Shown here: positions 13,731 to 25,011 of the stretch, piece by piece
How the letters are laid out: the number at the start of each line of letters is the position of its first letter
How positions within the stretch are numbered: position 1 is the first letter of the stretch
Assembly (NCBI RefSeq): GCF_964355755.1
Contig: NC_092672.1
Span: 25,001,337 to 25,065,336, forward strand
Length of the DNA: 64,000 nucleotides
Source of the DNA: Antedon mediterranea
Lineage: Eukaryota; Animalia; Echinodermata
Direction of reading: 5' to 3'
Made by a program: the position numbers and the translations under genes
The notes under the pieces: generated by a model
The model's input: only the letters and a program-made list of their open reading frames with translations
Databases searched by the model: none
Told to the model about the DNA's origin: nothing

Positions 13731-14033
13731 AAAGGTGTATTGTCCCAAAATCATGAAAAATGAAGATTAATTAAATCAGATTTTGAATATGTTGTTTTGT
13801 AGGGTTTTAATAAAGTAACTGTAATCACTTCCGTAGAAAAAAAAAAATGTTTTCATGGTTAAATTCAACCAAAAACCCATTGGCTGGCAGCTAATTTGAA
13901 CATTTTTTCATTAAAATATTTAATTTAAAATTTGTTCAGGTAAATACATTTTTTTGGATCAAATTTTTGGTCTAAATGGCACTTTCAACTAAAATGTTGT
14001 TAAGAATAATTTTTTTTTTCAGGGGGACAAAAT
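13731..14033. mobile_element. Degenerate ~0.3-kb TIR element (Kolobok-like MITE); inverted relative of 38645-38964
   Basis: Ends aggtgtattgtccc / ggggacaaaat; interior resembles the reverse complement of 38650-38960. Confidence 0.45.
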
Positions 14034-14735
14034 TTCACAAACCTTCAATTGTTCTTAAATATGATTTTGTATTTTAAAAGTGCAATTTTCACAAATTTGT
14101 TTTTTAGACAAGTCACTTAAAAATGCCCTCATGATCCCTGTGTATTATAATGATCAAAGATGCTAGTTGTACTGAATATTTTAGTAATGACATGTTTTAT
14201 TCATCATTTTTAGTAATGCATTTTGCCATACTCTCTTTTATTGTCAACACACTACCAACTCCGTGCACCACCTCCTTATCATTAAATAGTGAAGAGCAAT
14301 GATATTAAAGGATGTAATATAGACCCATATTAGACCCATTTTTAGTTTGTGCTTATTTTTTCCATAATACAATACAAGGGCCTATACATTTTATATTACA
14401 CAGTGCCCTCACTCATCATTTATTTCTTTTTTTGTTCACACTTTTAGTACCAGTGTACTGTTCAATAAAGGCCAACAAATCTGTAAAAAATTTAATTAAA
14501 TTTAATTTTTTAGACCTTTTTTACGAAACACGTTTTAATTGAAATAGCATTTAAAATAAAAGAAAAACAATTACCAGCATTAAACTAGAAGATGATTTCA
14601 TTTCATTATTCGGTCTATTTCAGTATATGCATAAAAAAAACCTGAAGTTGGGGAGACCAGGGTCAACCTACAGTAATTAGTGAACTTAATCACTGAGCTA
14701 TACGGTAATATTTGTTGTCTTAGTCTAATTTGGCA

Positions 14736-14851
14736 TTTTTAGTCATGTGCAAATGAGACTCTATAGCTCACTATATGTCGGTCGGTAGGTCGGTCGGTAA
14801 ACACTAACTCAAATTTGCGCATGTGACTGCAGCCATGTATATGGCCTTGTT
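14736..14851 (+). mobile_element. Short diverged Helentron/DINE-like element
   Basis: tttttagtcatgtg..gactctatagctcacta..(gtcg)n..catgtgact..ggccttgtt; same architecture as the copies at 9716 and 39851. Confidence 0.55.
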
Positions 14852-15619
14852 AATCATCTATTTAAATAATAATAAATACAACATAGTATAAAACTGACTC
14901 CAAATAACGAGAGGCAAGCCATGATTCAACGTTTCGATCTTTATTTTATCATCATCAGGAATGATGATAAAATGTAAGCATTATTGTTATTATTATGGAA
15001 TGCTTTATTAAATAGGTAACAGCAGTGAGCACCAGTGCTTTGCACAGTCTGTAGTATAATTAAAATGATTCCATCTTCTATCATTGTTATATTTATTCAT
15101 CTTCTTCATCATTATAAGACAATAACAAAAGCAAACTCGTTTAAATATAAATCTACCCACTGTAATGTTGGTGTTGCTACAGTTTTTCATATTTTAGAAC
15201 AATGACAGATTATCAATGCTTACTTTATAGCATTCATTCAAGTATAAGCAATAATGTCAACAGTATACTATTTGAAAATCACAAAATAAAAAGATCAACT
15301 TTAATGATTTTGTAAAGCTTAATATTTGTTAACAGAATGTCAAACTTTTATTCATCCACAAAATATCAAAGATTAAAAATAAACTTTAAAAATGTTAAAA
15401 CAGTGATCGTGTCTTTAGTTGCATGGTCATTAAGTGACACTATTTTAACTAAAATAACTAACTTAAATTTAAAGTTTAGTTAGCAAAGTTCAAAAGGATG
15501 AACTAAATCACCTAATAAAAACCTTAAAAGAGGCTACGAGGATGCTTGTTTTTATTGTCATTATTGAATAAATGTTATTGAATTGAAATTAAATTGAATT
15601 GAATTCACAGCCTACACAT

Positions 15620-15889
15620 ATAATAATATACAAATAATGAATGTTTATGAGTGTAATGGTACAAATAATGGCACGAGGTCAATGATGAAAGGTTATATAT
15701 CAGCGAGGCGACAGCGCAATGTTGTGTCTTGATCTAACCGGGTACTCATTTTATACACCTGGGTGGAGAGAGGCAAACGTAAGTAAAGTACCTTGCCTAT
15801 TAGATACAAGCAATGCGGCGAGAGTTGGATTCGAACCTCGATCTCATGATCAGTAGTCGAATGTCCAACATACTGCGCCACACGCCCTC
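15620..15889 (-). mobile_element. tRNA-derived CORE-type SINE
   Basis: Minus strand: A-box tggcgcagtatg, B-box ggttcgaatcc, then CORE-like ggcaaggtactttac..ctctccacccaggtgtataaaatgagtacc. Confidence 0.75.
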
Positions 15890-16269
15890 ACGAGGTATTA
15901 TATAATATACAATAATAACAAAATATGATATTTTAATTAAGTTAAAAATGAAAAACTACAATGTGTATTCCCTTTGCGTACTGTACACCCATTTTTTATT
16001 GTTGCAAAGTTTCAAAATGACGCAATGAACTTTACTGCGTCCATTGGATTGAATGTTAAATCGACCAAATATAAGTCCTGATAATGAACAGAACAGAGTA
16101 TGCTCAGTATATTGAATAGAACAGAGTCTGCTCAGTATAATGAACAGAACAGAGTATGCTCAGTATAATGTGCATAAGCATGTGCAGATTAATATTTTGT
16201 GTAGATTACCATATCCTTTCATCTACCGTCCACCTTCGTCTACCGTCCTGTCATAAAGTCGCTAGTAGG

Positions 16270-17300
16270 TTTTATTGTAAATTCAGTGATTTCAAATTTT
16301 AACAGCACACCACATGCAACAGCTGTACTAAATAGTAGTACTAATTATTGTCAGTATTTTCATTTCTATTGTAAATAAATAGTCAACAGATACCTCTTAG
16401 AATCAGGCTTCTGAGTCATGTCAGGCATACATTCTACTCATTCACTCTTTATCAAAATTTGGGATTTTTAAAATGCCTTTCTTAATTTCCATCATATATA
16501 TTCATTTATGACTGACATTGACAATTTTATTCTTATAGGTTCATTCTACTGTAAAACAATAATAGTCTCTTTTTCATTACATTCAGCCTCTTACATTAAC
16601 ATTCAAATTAATTCAGAATAAATACATTTGGATGATGAAGCCTAAAAAAATACAGAATAACTAAAATACAAATATATTTTTATTTTCATTATACATTACT
16701 TATTATACTCCATTTTATAGGTATAAAACATGCAGTGCTATAGTTTATAGTCAAACAGAAATAAAACTTTGTTTAATTTGGTTGCCAGCGCAATGTAGTC
16801 GCTACGCAAGTGAGTTGACCAATAACAAGCAACAGTTCGTATAATCCATCACATCGTGATTGGTCAATTTGCTTGATTTAATTTACACAAAAATTGGATA
16901 GACTACAGACAAATGGACAGACTAAATGTTGGGACAAACAAACTTATACATGCAATAATTACTCAGTAATCACCTCTGTAGTCCCATGGGTACTTTTTTA
17001 CATAGTTATTGATTACAGTGCCTTAAACTATTCTTTAAATAATAATTGTGTAAATGAATTTGACCAGGACCTTACCATGCCAATCCATATCAATACTTTG
17101 AGTTACAATTGTAGATAATATATTGATATTCATTTGTAGCTACAAGGCTTCATTATCTTAAGATTATTAGAGTATGCGTAACAGCAGTATGATCATACAC
17201 ACTGTTTAAATTTTGTTTGGTGTAACGAGTACAAGGGTAGGCCTATAGCTACAGCAGTAGGTCATACTCACTGTTTATATTTTGTGTGGTGTAGTAGGTA
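16270..17300. repeat. Duplicated block C (paralog ~33980-35120)
   Basis: Near-identical sequence; the short ORFs 16894..17118 and 34600..34824 are almost the same. Confidence 0.9.
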
Positions 17301-17314
17301 GAGTGTTATTTCAA

Positions 17315-17631
17315 TGCAAGTTGCGAGTTGCGAGTCGGAAAGTGCGAGTTGCGAGTCGGAAAGTGCGAGTTGCGAGTCGGAAAGTGCGAGTTGCGAGTCG
17401 GAAAGTGCGAGTTGCGAGTCGGAAAGTGCGAGTTGCGAGTTGGAAAGTGCGAGTTGCGAGTCGGAAAACGCGAGTTGCGGGTCGGAAAACGCGAGTTGCG
17501 AGTCGGAAAACGCGAGTTGCGGGTCGGAAAACGCGAGTTGCGGGTCGAAAAACGCGAGTTGCGGGTCGAAAAACGCGAGTTGCGGGTCGAAAAACGCGAG
17601 TTGCGGGTCGAAAAACGCGAGTTGCGGGTCA
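17315..17631 (+). repeat. Left arm: ~15 copies of a 21-bp unit (gcgagttgcg[a/g]gtcggaaa[gt/ac])
   Basis: Directly visible tandem array; explains five overlapping repetitive ORFs. Confidence 0.95.
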
Positions 17632-18103
17632 AATACACCAGTCCTACCTAAACAAAATAGAGTGGGTTGTATTGTGAATGTTAGAAACAAATTGCCTGAG
17701 CATGTGATATGAAACAATTAATCATTATATTTGATCTGCATTTTTGCTCGCATATGTGCGACCAGTGCGACATGATACAACCCACCCAGGTGTGTAGACT
17801 CTGTACATAGTGTAGGATGATCACCAAAATTTACCTATTGTGGCATATATGACAATGGCAAGAAATTTAATTATTTTCTTAACACTGCTTACAATATTTT
17901 TTTATTATTCACTTTAGCATTATTTGTTTCTGAATGCTCAACTTGTTTATGTTTTAGTTGAGTCAGTGCTTACTACAGTTCTAGGCTAAGCACTGGAGGT
18001 AGGCCTAGATTAGATTCACTTGGTGAAGAAACACTGTTTCTCAGGCAAAAACTCCACGAGATGAGTATAGGCCAAGAGCCCGTAACATATGATTTAACCC
18101 CAT

Positions 18104-18324
18104 ACAACCCCTTTTCGTATATTTAGGTCTCCCTTTTCGTATATTTGGGTCTCCCTTTTCGTATATTTGGGTCTCCCTTTTCGTATAGTGGGGTCTCCCT
18201 TTTCGTATAGTGGGGTCTCCATTTTCGTATAGTGGAGTCTCCCTTTTCGTATAGTGGGGTCTCCCTTTTCGTATAGGGTCTCGGGTCTCTGGTCTCTGGT
18301 CTCGGGTCTAGTTTCGAAACACCC
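18104..18324 (-). repeat. 22-bp tandem array plus ggtctc repeats ending in gtttcgaaacaccc (probable orphan arm of another TIR element)
   Basis: Unit ggtctcccttttcgtatagtgg, about 8 copies. Minus strand begins GGGTGTTTCGAAAC. Confidence 0.7.
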
Positions 18325-19050
18325 GTGTTTTGACATGCTTAAAGTGTTTAGTGCAGTCCACTACCTGTATCTGTATTCTGAATGTTCTGATCACTATTCT
18401 TCTGGATTTTCTCTGGTAGAAGAGAGATAAAGTGATGATAGTGATAACCGGAATTTGTACATGGATGGACGGAAGCTTTTTAAGGGTGCAGGGTATAGTA
18501 AAGTGTGCATATAAGGAGATACTGGCATGCATTTAAGGTAGTGAGGTATCAAAATAATCTACTTTGATTTAAAATTTACTACATTTGTTGGTTGTGAGGA
18601 CTCTCTTAGGTCCATTGTAAAACAATCTCAAGTTATTTAAAATGGAATATAATACCTTTTGATTTATTATTGTTTGCAGATGAGTGACCAGTTTATCTCT
18701 TACTTTTATCTTCTTTTATCTATGTGATTGCCATTGATTTAATTTAACTTGTTTTTAGTACAAAAAACAAATAATGACTACTAATTCAAACATGCCAGTA
18801 TCTCCTTATGTGCCACCTTAATACCCCCCCCCCCCACACACACACACATATATATAAACAGAGTGAGAATTTTCAAATATGTATATTTTTTCATTTATTT
18901 CATCAGACAAAAACAAAACAAAGTAAAGAGTTCAAAATCCAAAAGATTAAAATCGAAATGAACACTCAAGTGGCTCACCAAAATGTTAAAAGAGAAGGGT
19001 TATCCAATTGTAACTGATAAATATATAACATTTATGTTTTTAAATCAAGC

Positions 19051-19556
19051 ATTTGTTTTGTAACTGGCAGATTTGTTTTGTAACTGGCAGATTTGTCTTT
19101 AACTCGCAGATTTTTTTTTAACTCGCAGATTTTTTTTTTAACTCGCAAATTTTTTTTAACTCGCAGATTTTTTTTAACTCGCAGATTTTTTTTTAACTCG
19201 CAGATTTTTTTTTAACTCGCAAATTTTTTTTAACTCGCAGATTTTTTTTTAACTCGCAGATTTTTTTTTAACTCGCAGATTTTTTTTTAACTCGCAAATT
19301 TTTTTTAACTCGCAGATTTTTTTTTAACTCGCAGATTTTTTTTTAACTCGCAGATTTTTTTTAACTCGCAGATTTTTTTTTAACTCGCAGATTTTTTTTT
19401 AACTCGCAAATTTTTTTTAACTCGCAGATTTTTTTTTAACTCGCAGATTTTTTATTAACTCGCAGATTTTTTTTAACTCGCAGATTTTTTTTTAACTCCC
19501 AGATTTTTTTTAACTCGCAGATTTTTTTTTAACTCGCAGATTTTTTTTAACTCGCT
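19051..19556 (+). repeat. ~19-21-bp tandem array taactcgcaga(t)n
   Basis: Roughly 25 copies with variable T-run length. Confidence 0.95.
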
Positions 19557-21294
19557 TATTTTTGTTTGTTTGAATGTTCATGTATAAGGAAATACTGGCA
19601 TTTAGAGGTAATGTTGTATCAAATAATCTGATTTAAAATTTACTACATTTGAACCATCTCAGGGATGTATGGTATGTGGATCTTGGTTGGGAGGAGGAGC
19701 TGAGGTGGGGTTGGTGGTAGGTTTAAAAGATAATGAATTCTTCATCATGGTCTCCATGAAGCAATTAACTCACACCCTGGGGCAGGTATCTTTTACTAAA
19801 ACAATTAATGACTGCTTTGATAAAGGTCCACATTGTAAATTTGTGTCTGCTACCTACTAATAAATATAAGAAGCCTGACAGTTTAGCCCACCACATGATT
19901 TTTAATGCATTTTTACTTTTAGACTTTACTTTTAACTTTATTATTTACACAATCATTTTCATATAATTGTTAACATATTATTACTTGTATAAGTCAGCAC
20001 TACACTATGCAGACTTTTGTACTAGGTACTCCCAAAGGGCCCATTATGTTATGACATTTACCTGTCATGGACACTTGTTGTGTACTATACCAAATAAGGG
20101 ATTGTGACTTAAAGTTGGTATGATGTCATCTATAATTTCTTCTTAAAGATGATGATGTCATTTAAGTTTCATCTAAAAACTAACTATTCTCATCTCTAAG
20201 TTATGCGATGAAGTCATAATTGACACCCCCATATATCAATAAGATATAAATAAGGGTGCAATCTCCTCATTTAATCAGTCAGTTTAACCAATTCATAAGC
20301 AAGCAACACTGTGTTGATTCCAGTACTTTCTAATGTATTCTGTGTATTCATTTATTTGAGGATCAAGTGTTTTTTTATATGCGACTCTACTGCATCTTTT
20401 CACTTGCAATACAAAATGTACAGTTTAATTTTACATTCTTAGTGTGTTGTATATTTTTTTTTTTTTTATTTCATCATATAATACATTACAAATAAAAAAT
20501 TAAAATTAAAAAGTGTTGTATATTTGATCATCGCGTTGAACAACAACTAAAATACAACTTCATTTCACCTACTGTATCACACATTTCATCAAACAATACT
20601 GTATATAAGTAATAATAATTCCTTCTCCTATGTAATTGTGGGCGCAGATCAATGATTATTGTCACCTAAATTCAACAATTCAATTCAAGTAAATTTGAAT
20701 TATCTTAGTTATAAGTTATATTTTCTCTAAAAACAAACCAGTGATTTCAGTATTTAAATCTGTACCCTGCTAAAGTTACTTTAAATACACATAGTACATT
20801 TGACAGATGCCTACTGTACTGTACGTGTACATACTAAAGCATGTATTTGTGTTTATTCCGCATGTTGTTGTTGACAATCCGATATCTAAGTCAGAGAAAA
20901 TTATTTGTAGAAAACAATATTCCATCTTCTTATGAATTTTTTAGGTTGACAATTTACAGTCTTCTTTCCAAAATTATGAAAAGCAAACAAAATGTAGATT
21001 ATGAATATATGGTTAGATTCCAGAATGTATTTTAATTGGAGAGATGCACTATATTTCAATAGATACATTAATTGGTCCTCTCCATGATTTGCTGATGGGT
21101 GTTACACATAATAAACTGTGTATTTCTTCTCTTTTTTTTTGTATTCATATGTATTTATATGTATCTATGGACAGTTTGTCTGAAAATGTTTAACAAAAAA
21201 ATATTATAAACATAAAGAATTGACTATGATTCTAAGAAAATAATATAGCTTTGAAAATTTGACCATTATCTGTAGGTATGGTATGTGTTTCCTT

Positions 21295-21614
21295 GCCCTG
21301 TTTATGGGACCGAAGTTAAGCAACGTTGGGCCCGGTTGCGTTCTAGATGGGAGACCGTCTAGAAATCGTGGCGGGTGCTGTATATACTGGAGAGTGATGG
21401 TGTAATGGTAATATCGGACTAGCATGTGATAGGCATGGGTTCGATGTTATCTGTACCATACTAATTGCATCCTTAGGCAAGATGCTTTACTCTCATTGCC
21501 TAATCTGGTAGGCGCTGCACTGCTGGCTGCCGTGGGTCCGTGGAGGGCCTAATCCTAATTTCCTCACTGAGGACAAATATTAATACAAAATACAAAAATA
21601 CAAATAAATACAAA
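21295..21614 (+). mobile_element. Composite 5S rRNA + tRNA-derived SINE with CORE-like segment
   Basis: gaagttaagc..gggcccggtt..gatgggagaccg..gggtgctgta matches the 3' part of 5S rRNA. Then tggtgtaatggt (A box), ggttcgat (B box), tccttaggcaagatgcttta (CORE-like) and an (aatacaa)n tail. Confidence 0.7.
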
Positions 21615-22088
21615 GTAGTACTAATGACTCCAACCATCATGTCTGTTTTTAATCATCATTAATCATCTTACCTAAATACTGTAAACAATACAAACTGTAC
21701 TTTTTAATGTGAGTTTTTCTTACCAATTTATTATTATTTTCTCATTTAACAAGGCAAAAATACATGTCCCTAATTTATTGTATCATTATTAGTAATTGTA
21801 TCATTATCAGTAATTGCAAACAAATTAAATAATAACTTTAATCTACTATATTTACAATTACACAAACCAGAAATGGTGTTGGTAGTCTATGAGTGCCGCT
21901 TACCTGGATAAACACGACATAAGCCCTTTTCCACGAAGTGCGAAACAATTACGAAAAGAAGAATTTAGCGGTAACTCACCTCCATGATAAATGGGACAGT
22001 CCGCTATAGCGCCCTCTAGTGGGACCACTCCCACGTAATACCGTCATCATTTCTCAAGACCTCTTGTCTGAGGGGACGGCGGGCGGGC

Positions 22089-22186
22089 GTTTATCCAGGT
22101 AAGCGGCACTCATAGACTACCAACACCATTTCTGGTTTGTGTAGTCTATATCGTGCCTGCTTACCTGGATAAACACGACATAAGCC
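22089..22186. other. DIRS internal complementary region (ICR; copy of the circle junction)
   Basis: 22089-22143 is the reverse complement of 21859-21913. 22142-22186 is the reverse complement of 27266-27310. The two parts overlap at TA. Confidence 0.92.
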
Positions 22187-22254
22187 AGTGTAGCACCAGA
22201 CTAGATATCTAGTCGGCGGAGGGTGACAAGAAACAAAATTTTACCAGTACATAC

Positions 22255-24675
22255 CTATAGACGAGGCTTCAGTACTGCTGTCGCCACTGGAGCTAGGTTA
22301 GCGGACACATCCGAAAGATAAGAGGTGAATGTAGACTGTGTTCGCCACCATGCCGCTTCCATAATGTCAGCTACAGGGACACCCGCGAACAACGCCCACG
22401 AAGTGGCAACCGCGCGCAATTGATGCATGTGTGCCGGCGGCGGTGTGTCCGATGACGTGTAAGCGTTTTGAATTGTAGATACGACCCACCTTGCTATGGT
22501 CGATTTAGCTGCGGCGCGGTGTGGTGGAACAGAGGTGACAAACAGGTGAGACACTCCGTCTCTAATTGTCTTTGTGCGGTGGATATACCACTTGAGGGCC
22601 CTCACTGGGCACCAAAGTTTGTCTCCGTCAACCGCCGAGTAAGATGTGATGGTGGGGACGAACACAGCCGGCGGCGAATATTTCAACGTCTGAGTTTTTG
22701 CTAGGAAATCTTTCCTAAACACTAGCCTCACGCCGCCTCGCTCGAACCTCACATGCCCTGGTTCTAAGGTAAGAGCGTGCAGCTCGCCTCGGCGTTTGCA
22801 CGATGACAATGCGAGCAGGAACGCCGTCTTCAGCGAGAGATTGTAAAGAGAAGCCTTACTCATAGGCTCAAATGGCGGGCGTGTAAGAGCGGCTAGAACG
22901 ACGTTGACATCCCATCGGGGAATCAAGACCTTGACTGGAGGTCGTTGTCTGAACATCCCCCGTATCAGCTGAGTGATAACGGAGGATGACGAAATCGTAG
23001 AACCGTCTTTCAGTGTTGGTGTCACCGCCCCAATGGCGGACCTATAGCCTGAAATGGTGCGGACCTGAAGACCTGACTCAAATAGGTAATGCAGGAAGGC
23101 GCATACTTGACCAAGGGTAACCAACCCTGGTGTTATTTGTTGGCGCCTGCACCATGTAAAGAAATGCTTTAATCGGCTATTGTAGACGGTAAGAGTAGAT
23201 TCCCGACGAGATTTCGCCGCGAGGGCGGCAGGGCCATCTGGAATGCCTGAGTCTCGGAGCTGATCCCTGACAATGGCCATACAGTCAGGCGCAGAGATTG
23301 TAGGTTCTGTAGTGAGAACACAGCTCGGCCCTGCGTCAGCAGATCCTCTCGAACTGGAAGACGCAGGGGATGATCGTAGAGCAGGTCGAGAAGCAGTGGA
23401 TACCATGCTTGTCGAGCCCAGCCCGGGGCGATCAGAAGGACCCGGCAAGGATGGCGCTGAATGTGCGTCAGAACAGTTGGTATTAGTGAGATCGGTGGAA
23501 ACGCATAAGCCCATAGTCCGTCCCACGGTATGGATAGGGCATCCACCGCCCACGCACGTGCATCCCGAAACCTTGTGCAGAAGGTCGGGAGCTGTGAGTT
23601 GTCTGACGTCGCAAACAGATCTATATGAGGCCGCCCGAAGTGGTCGAATATCAGTGTGGCAATGCTGGGTAGAAGGCGCCATTCCGTGGGACAAAGTGTT
23701 TGTCGGGACAGAGCGTCCGCCACAATGTTGAGGCTGCCCGCAATGTGGGCAGCCGAGAGTTTGATGTTGTTGCCTATGCACCACATCATCAGTCTCCAGA
23801 GGTGGAAGCATAACGTCGGTGACCTCGTGCCTCCCTGACGATTTATATATGCTACCACTGTTGTGTTGTCGGAATGGATAAGGACGTGACGACCGGCCAC
23901 GTGAGGTCGAAAGGCCTTCAAGGTCCTGACGACTGCCCAGAGTTCTAGGAGGTTGATGTGGGAGCGCGCCTCCTCGACCGTCCAAAGGAGCCTTGCCTTG
24001 GAGCAACCGCCCCAGCCTGTCTCGGATGCGTCTGTCTCTATACGGACGTCCGGCAAAGATTTTTGAATCGGCATTCCCACAGTCAACCTGCCTTCTACCA
24101 GCCACCATTCGAGATGCGTCTGAATGAATGCATTCGACGGAACCACTTTGTGTAGGGAGTCTATGTGCGGTCGGTAATGAGCCAGCAGATGCAGCTGTAA
24201 AGGTCTCATACGTAGCCGGCAATACGGAAGTAAGGCAACGAAGCTGGCCAGACAACCCAGTGCTCTGAGCCATTCGTAAGCCGTCGGAGCACGAGCAGAT
24301 ATTAGATTGCGTACTGCACTCATTGCAGACGCGATGCATTGTTGGGATGGACATGCCAAGCCCGTCACGAGATTTATCTGTGCTCCGAGGTATAACGGGA
24401 GCTGTGTCGGCACCAGGCACGACTTCTCCCGATTGACAATGAAACCTGCCTGTTCCGTTACGAGAAGGACATATTGTAGACTGCTCATCAGCCTGTCCTT
24501 GGACTGGGCCACGACCAACCAATCGTCGAGATACATGAATACTCTTATTCCATGTTTGTGGAAGAACGACGCCAGCGTTCTGACTATGCGTGTAAACACG
24601 CGTTGAGCCGTCGATAGGCCGAACGGCAAAGCGACGAATTGGTACAATTGGTCGAGGATTCTGAAACGTAGCCAA
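22255..24675 (-). CDS. DIRS tyrosine recombinase (YR domain in the C-terminal ~330 aa; N-terminal part overlaps pol; true start uncertain)
   Basis: SRRESTLTVYNS, LSLKTAFLLALSSCKRRGELHAL (catalytic R), CPVRALKWY, HQLRAVATSWA (HxxR), WRTQSTFTSYL (catalytic Y). Confidence 0.9.
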   Translation of the reverse strand: MATFQNPRPIVPIRRFAVRPIDGSTRVYTHSQNAGVVLPQTWNKSIHVSRRLVGRGPVQGQADEQSTICPSRNGTGRFHCQSGEVVPGADTAPVIPRSTDKSRDGLGMSIPTMHRVCNECSTQSNICSCSDGLRMAQSTGLSGQLRCLTSVLPATYETFTAASAGSLPTAHRLPTQSGSVECIHSDASRMVAGRRQVDCGNADSKIFAGRPYRDRRIRDRLGRLLQGKAPLDGRGGALPHQPPRTLGSRQDLEGLSTSRGRSSRPYPFRQHNSGSIYKSSGRHEVTDVMLPPLETDDVVHRQQHQTLGCPHCGQPQHCGGRSVPTNTLSHGMAPSTQHCHTDIRPLRAASYRSVCDVRQLTAPDLLHKVSGCTCVGGGCPIHTVGRTMGLCVSTDLTNTNCSDAHSAPSLPGPSDRPGLGSTSMVSTASRPALRSSPASSSSRGSADAGPSCVLTTEPTISAPDCMAIVRDQLRDSGIPDGPAALAAKSRRESTLTVYNSRLKHFFTWCRRQQITPGLVTLGQVCAFLHYLFESGLQVRTISGYRSAIGAVTPTLKDGSTISSSSVITQLIRGMFRQRPPVKVLIPRWDVNVVLAALTRPPFEPMSKASLYNLSLKTAFLLALSSCKRRGELHALTLEPGHVRFERGGVRLVFRKDFLAKTQTLKYSPPAVFVPTITSYSAVDGDKLWCPVRALKWYIHRTKTIRDGVSHLFVTSVPPHRAAAKSTIARWVVSTIQNAYTSSDTPPPAHMHQLRAVATSWALFAGVPVADIMEAAWWRTQSTFTSYLSDVSANLAPVATAVLKPRL

Positions 24676-24785
24676 CGTCGATCTGCCTCAGCGATAGGAA
24701 CGTGAAAGTACGCATCTTTCAGGTCTATCGAGGCTGCCCAGTCTCCTCGTCTTAGCCCCAGAAGGATGGATAAGACTGTCTCCAT
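23169..24785 (-). CDS. DIRS pol: reverse transcriptase, RNase H, DNA N6-adenine methyltransferase-like domain
   Basis: SIDLKDAYFHVPI, LPFGLSTA, YLDDWL (RT); IETDASETGWG, HINLLEL, SDNTTVVAYIN, ADALSR (RNase H); IDLFAT..VDAL..W..YAFPP (MT-like). The frame stays open upstream to ~25018. Confidence 0.95.
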   Translation of the reverse strand: METVLSILLGLRRGDWAASIDLKDAYFHVPIAEADRRWLRFRILDQLYQFVALPFGLSTAQRVFTRIVRTLASFFHKHGIRVFMYLDDWLVVAQSKDRLMSSLQYVLLVTEQAGFIVNREKSCLVPTQLPLYLGAQINLVTGLACPSQQCIASAMSAVRNLISARAPTAYEWLRALGCLASFVALLPYCRLRMRPLQLHLLAHYRPHIDSLHKVVPSNAFIQTHLEWWLVEGRLTVGMPIQKSLPDVRIETDASETGWGGCSKARLLWTVEEARSHINLLELWAVVRTLKAFRPHVAGRHVLIHSDNTTVVAYINRQGGTRSPTLCFHLWRLMMWCIGNNIKLSAAHIAGSLNIVADALSRQTLCPTEWRLLPSIATLIFDHFGRPHIDLFATSDNSQLPTFCTRFRDARAWAVDALSIPWDGLWAYAFPPISLIPTVLTHIQRHPCRVLLIAPGWARQAWYPLLLDLLYDHPLRLPVREDLLTQGRAVFSLQNLQSLRLTVWPLSGISSETQAFQMALPPSRRNLVGNLLLPSTIAD

Positions 24786-25011
24786 CCGAAACCTTTGGGG
24801 CCGAATAAACCGCTTGTTTAGACTCCTCAGGTTTAAAATAGGTCGCCAGTCGCCTGTCTTCTTTTCTGTGAGGAAGACGGTCGACTCGTGTCCCGAGACG
24901 GCGCATCGTTCGTCGACTGGTTCTACTGCTCCTTTTTGGAGTAGAGAATTGAGGCCGTCCAGAAGCGCACATCTCTTTAGAGGCTCTGGCGGAATTCTTG
25001 TCGACCGAGCG

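Noticed and set aside
16081-16170. Three copies of a 28-bp unit; also a two-copy ~76-bp duplication at ~50521-50660
   Set aside because: Ordinary short tandem duplications with no further structure.
16894-17118. 74-aa ORF conserved in two copies (also 34600..34824)
   Set aside because: Conservation simply reflects recent duplication of block C; non-ATG start and no domain.
17268-17717. Multiple overlapping repetitive ORFs (also 27490-28112)
   Set aside because: By-products of stop-free 21-bp transposon arm repeats.
21311-21382. 5S rRNA gene
   Set aside because: Partial, diverged and fused to SINE sequence.
23240-23660. Adenine methyltransferase-like domain as a novel or horizontally acquired gene
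   Set aside because: It is an established component of DIRS1 pol ORFs.
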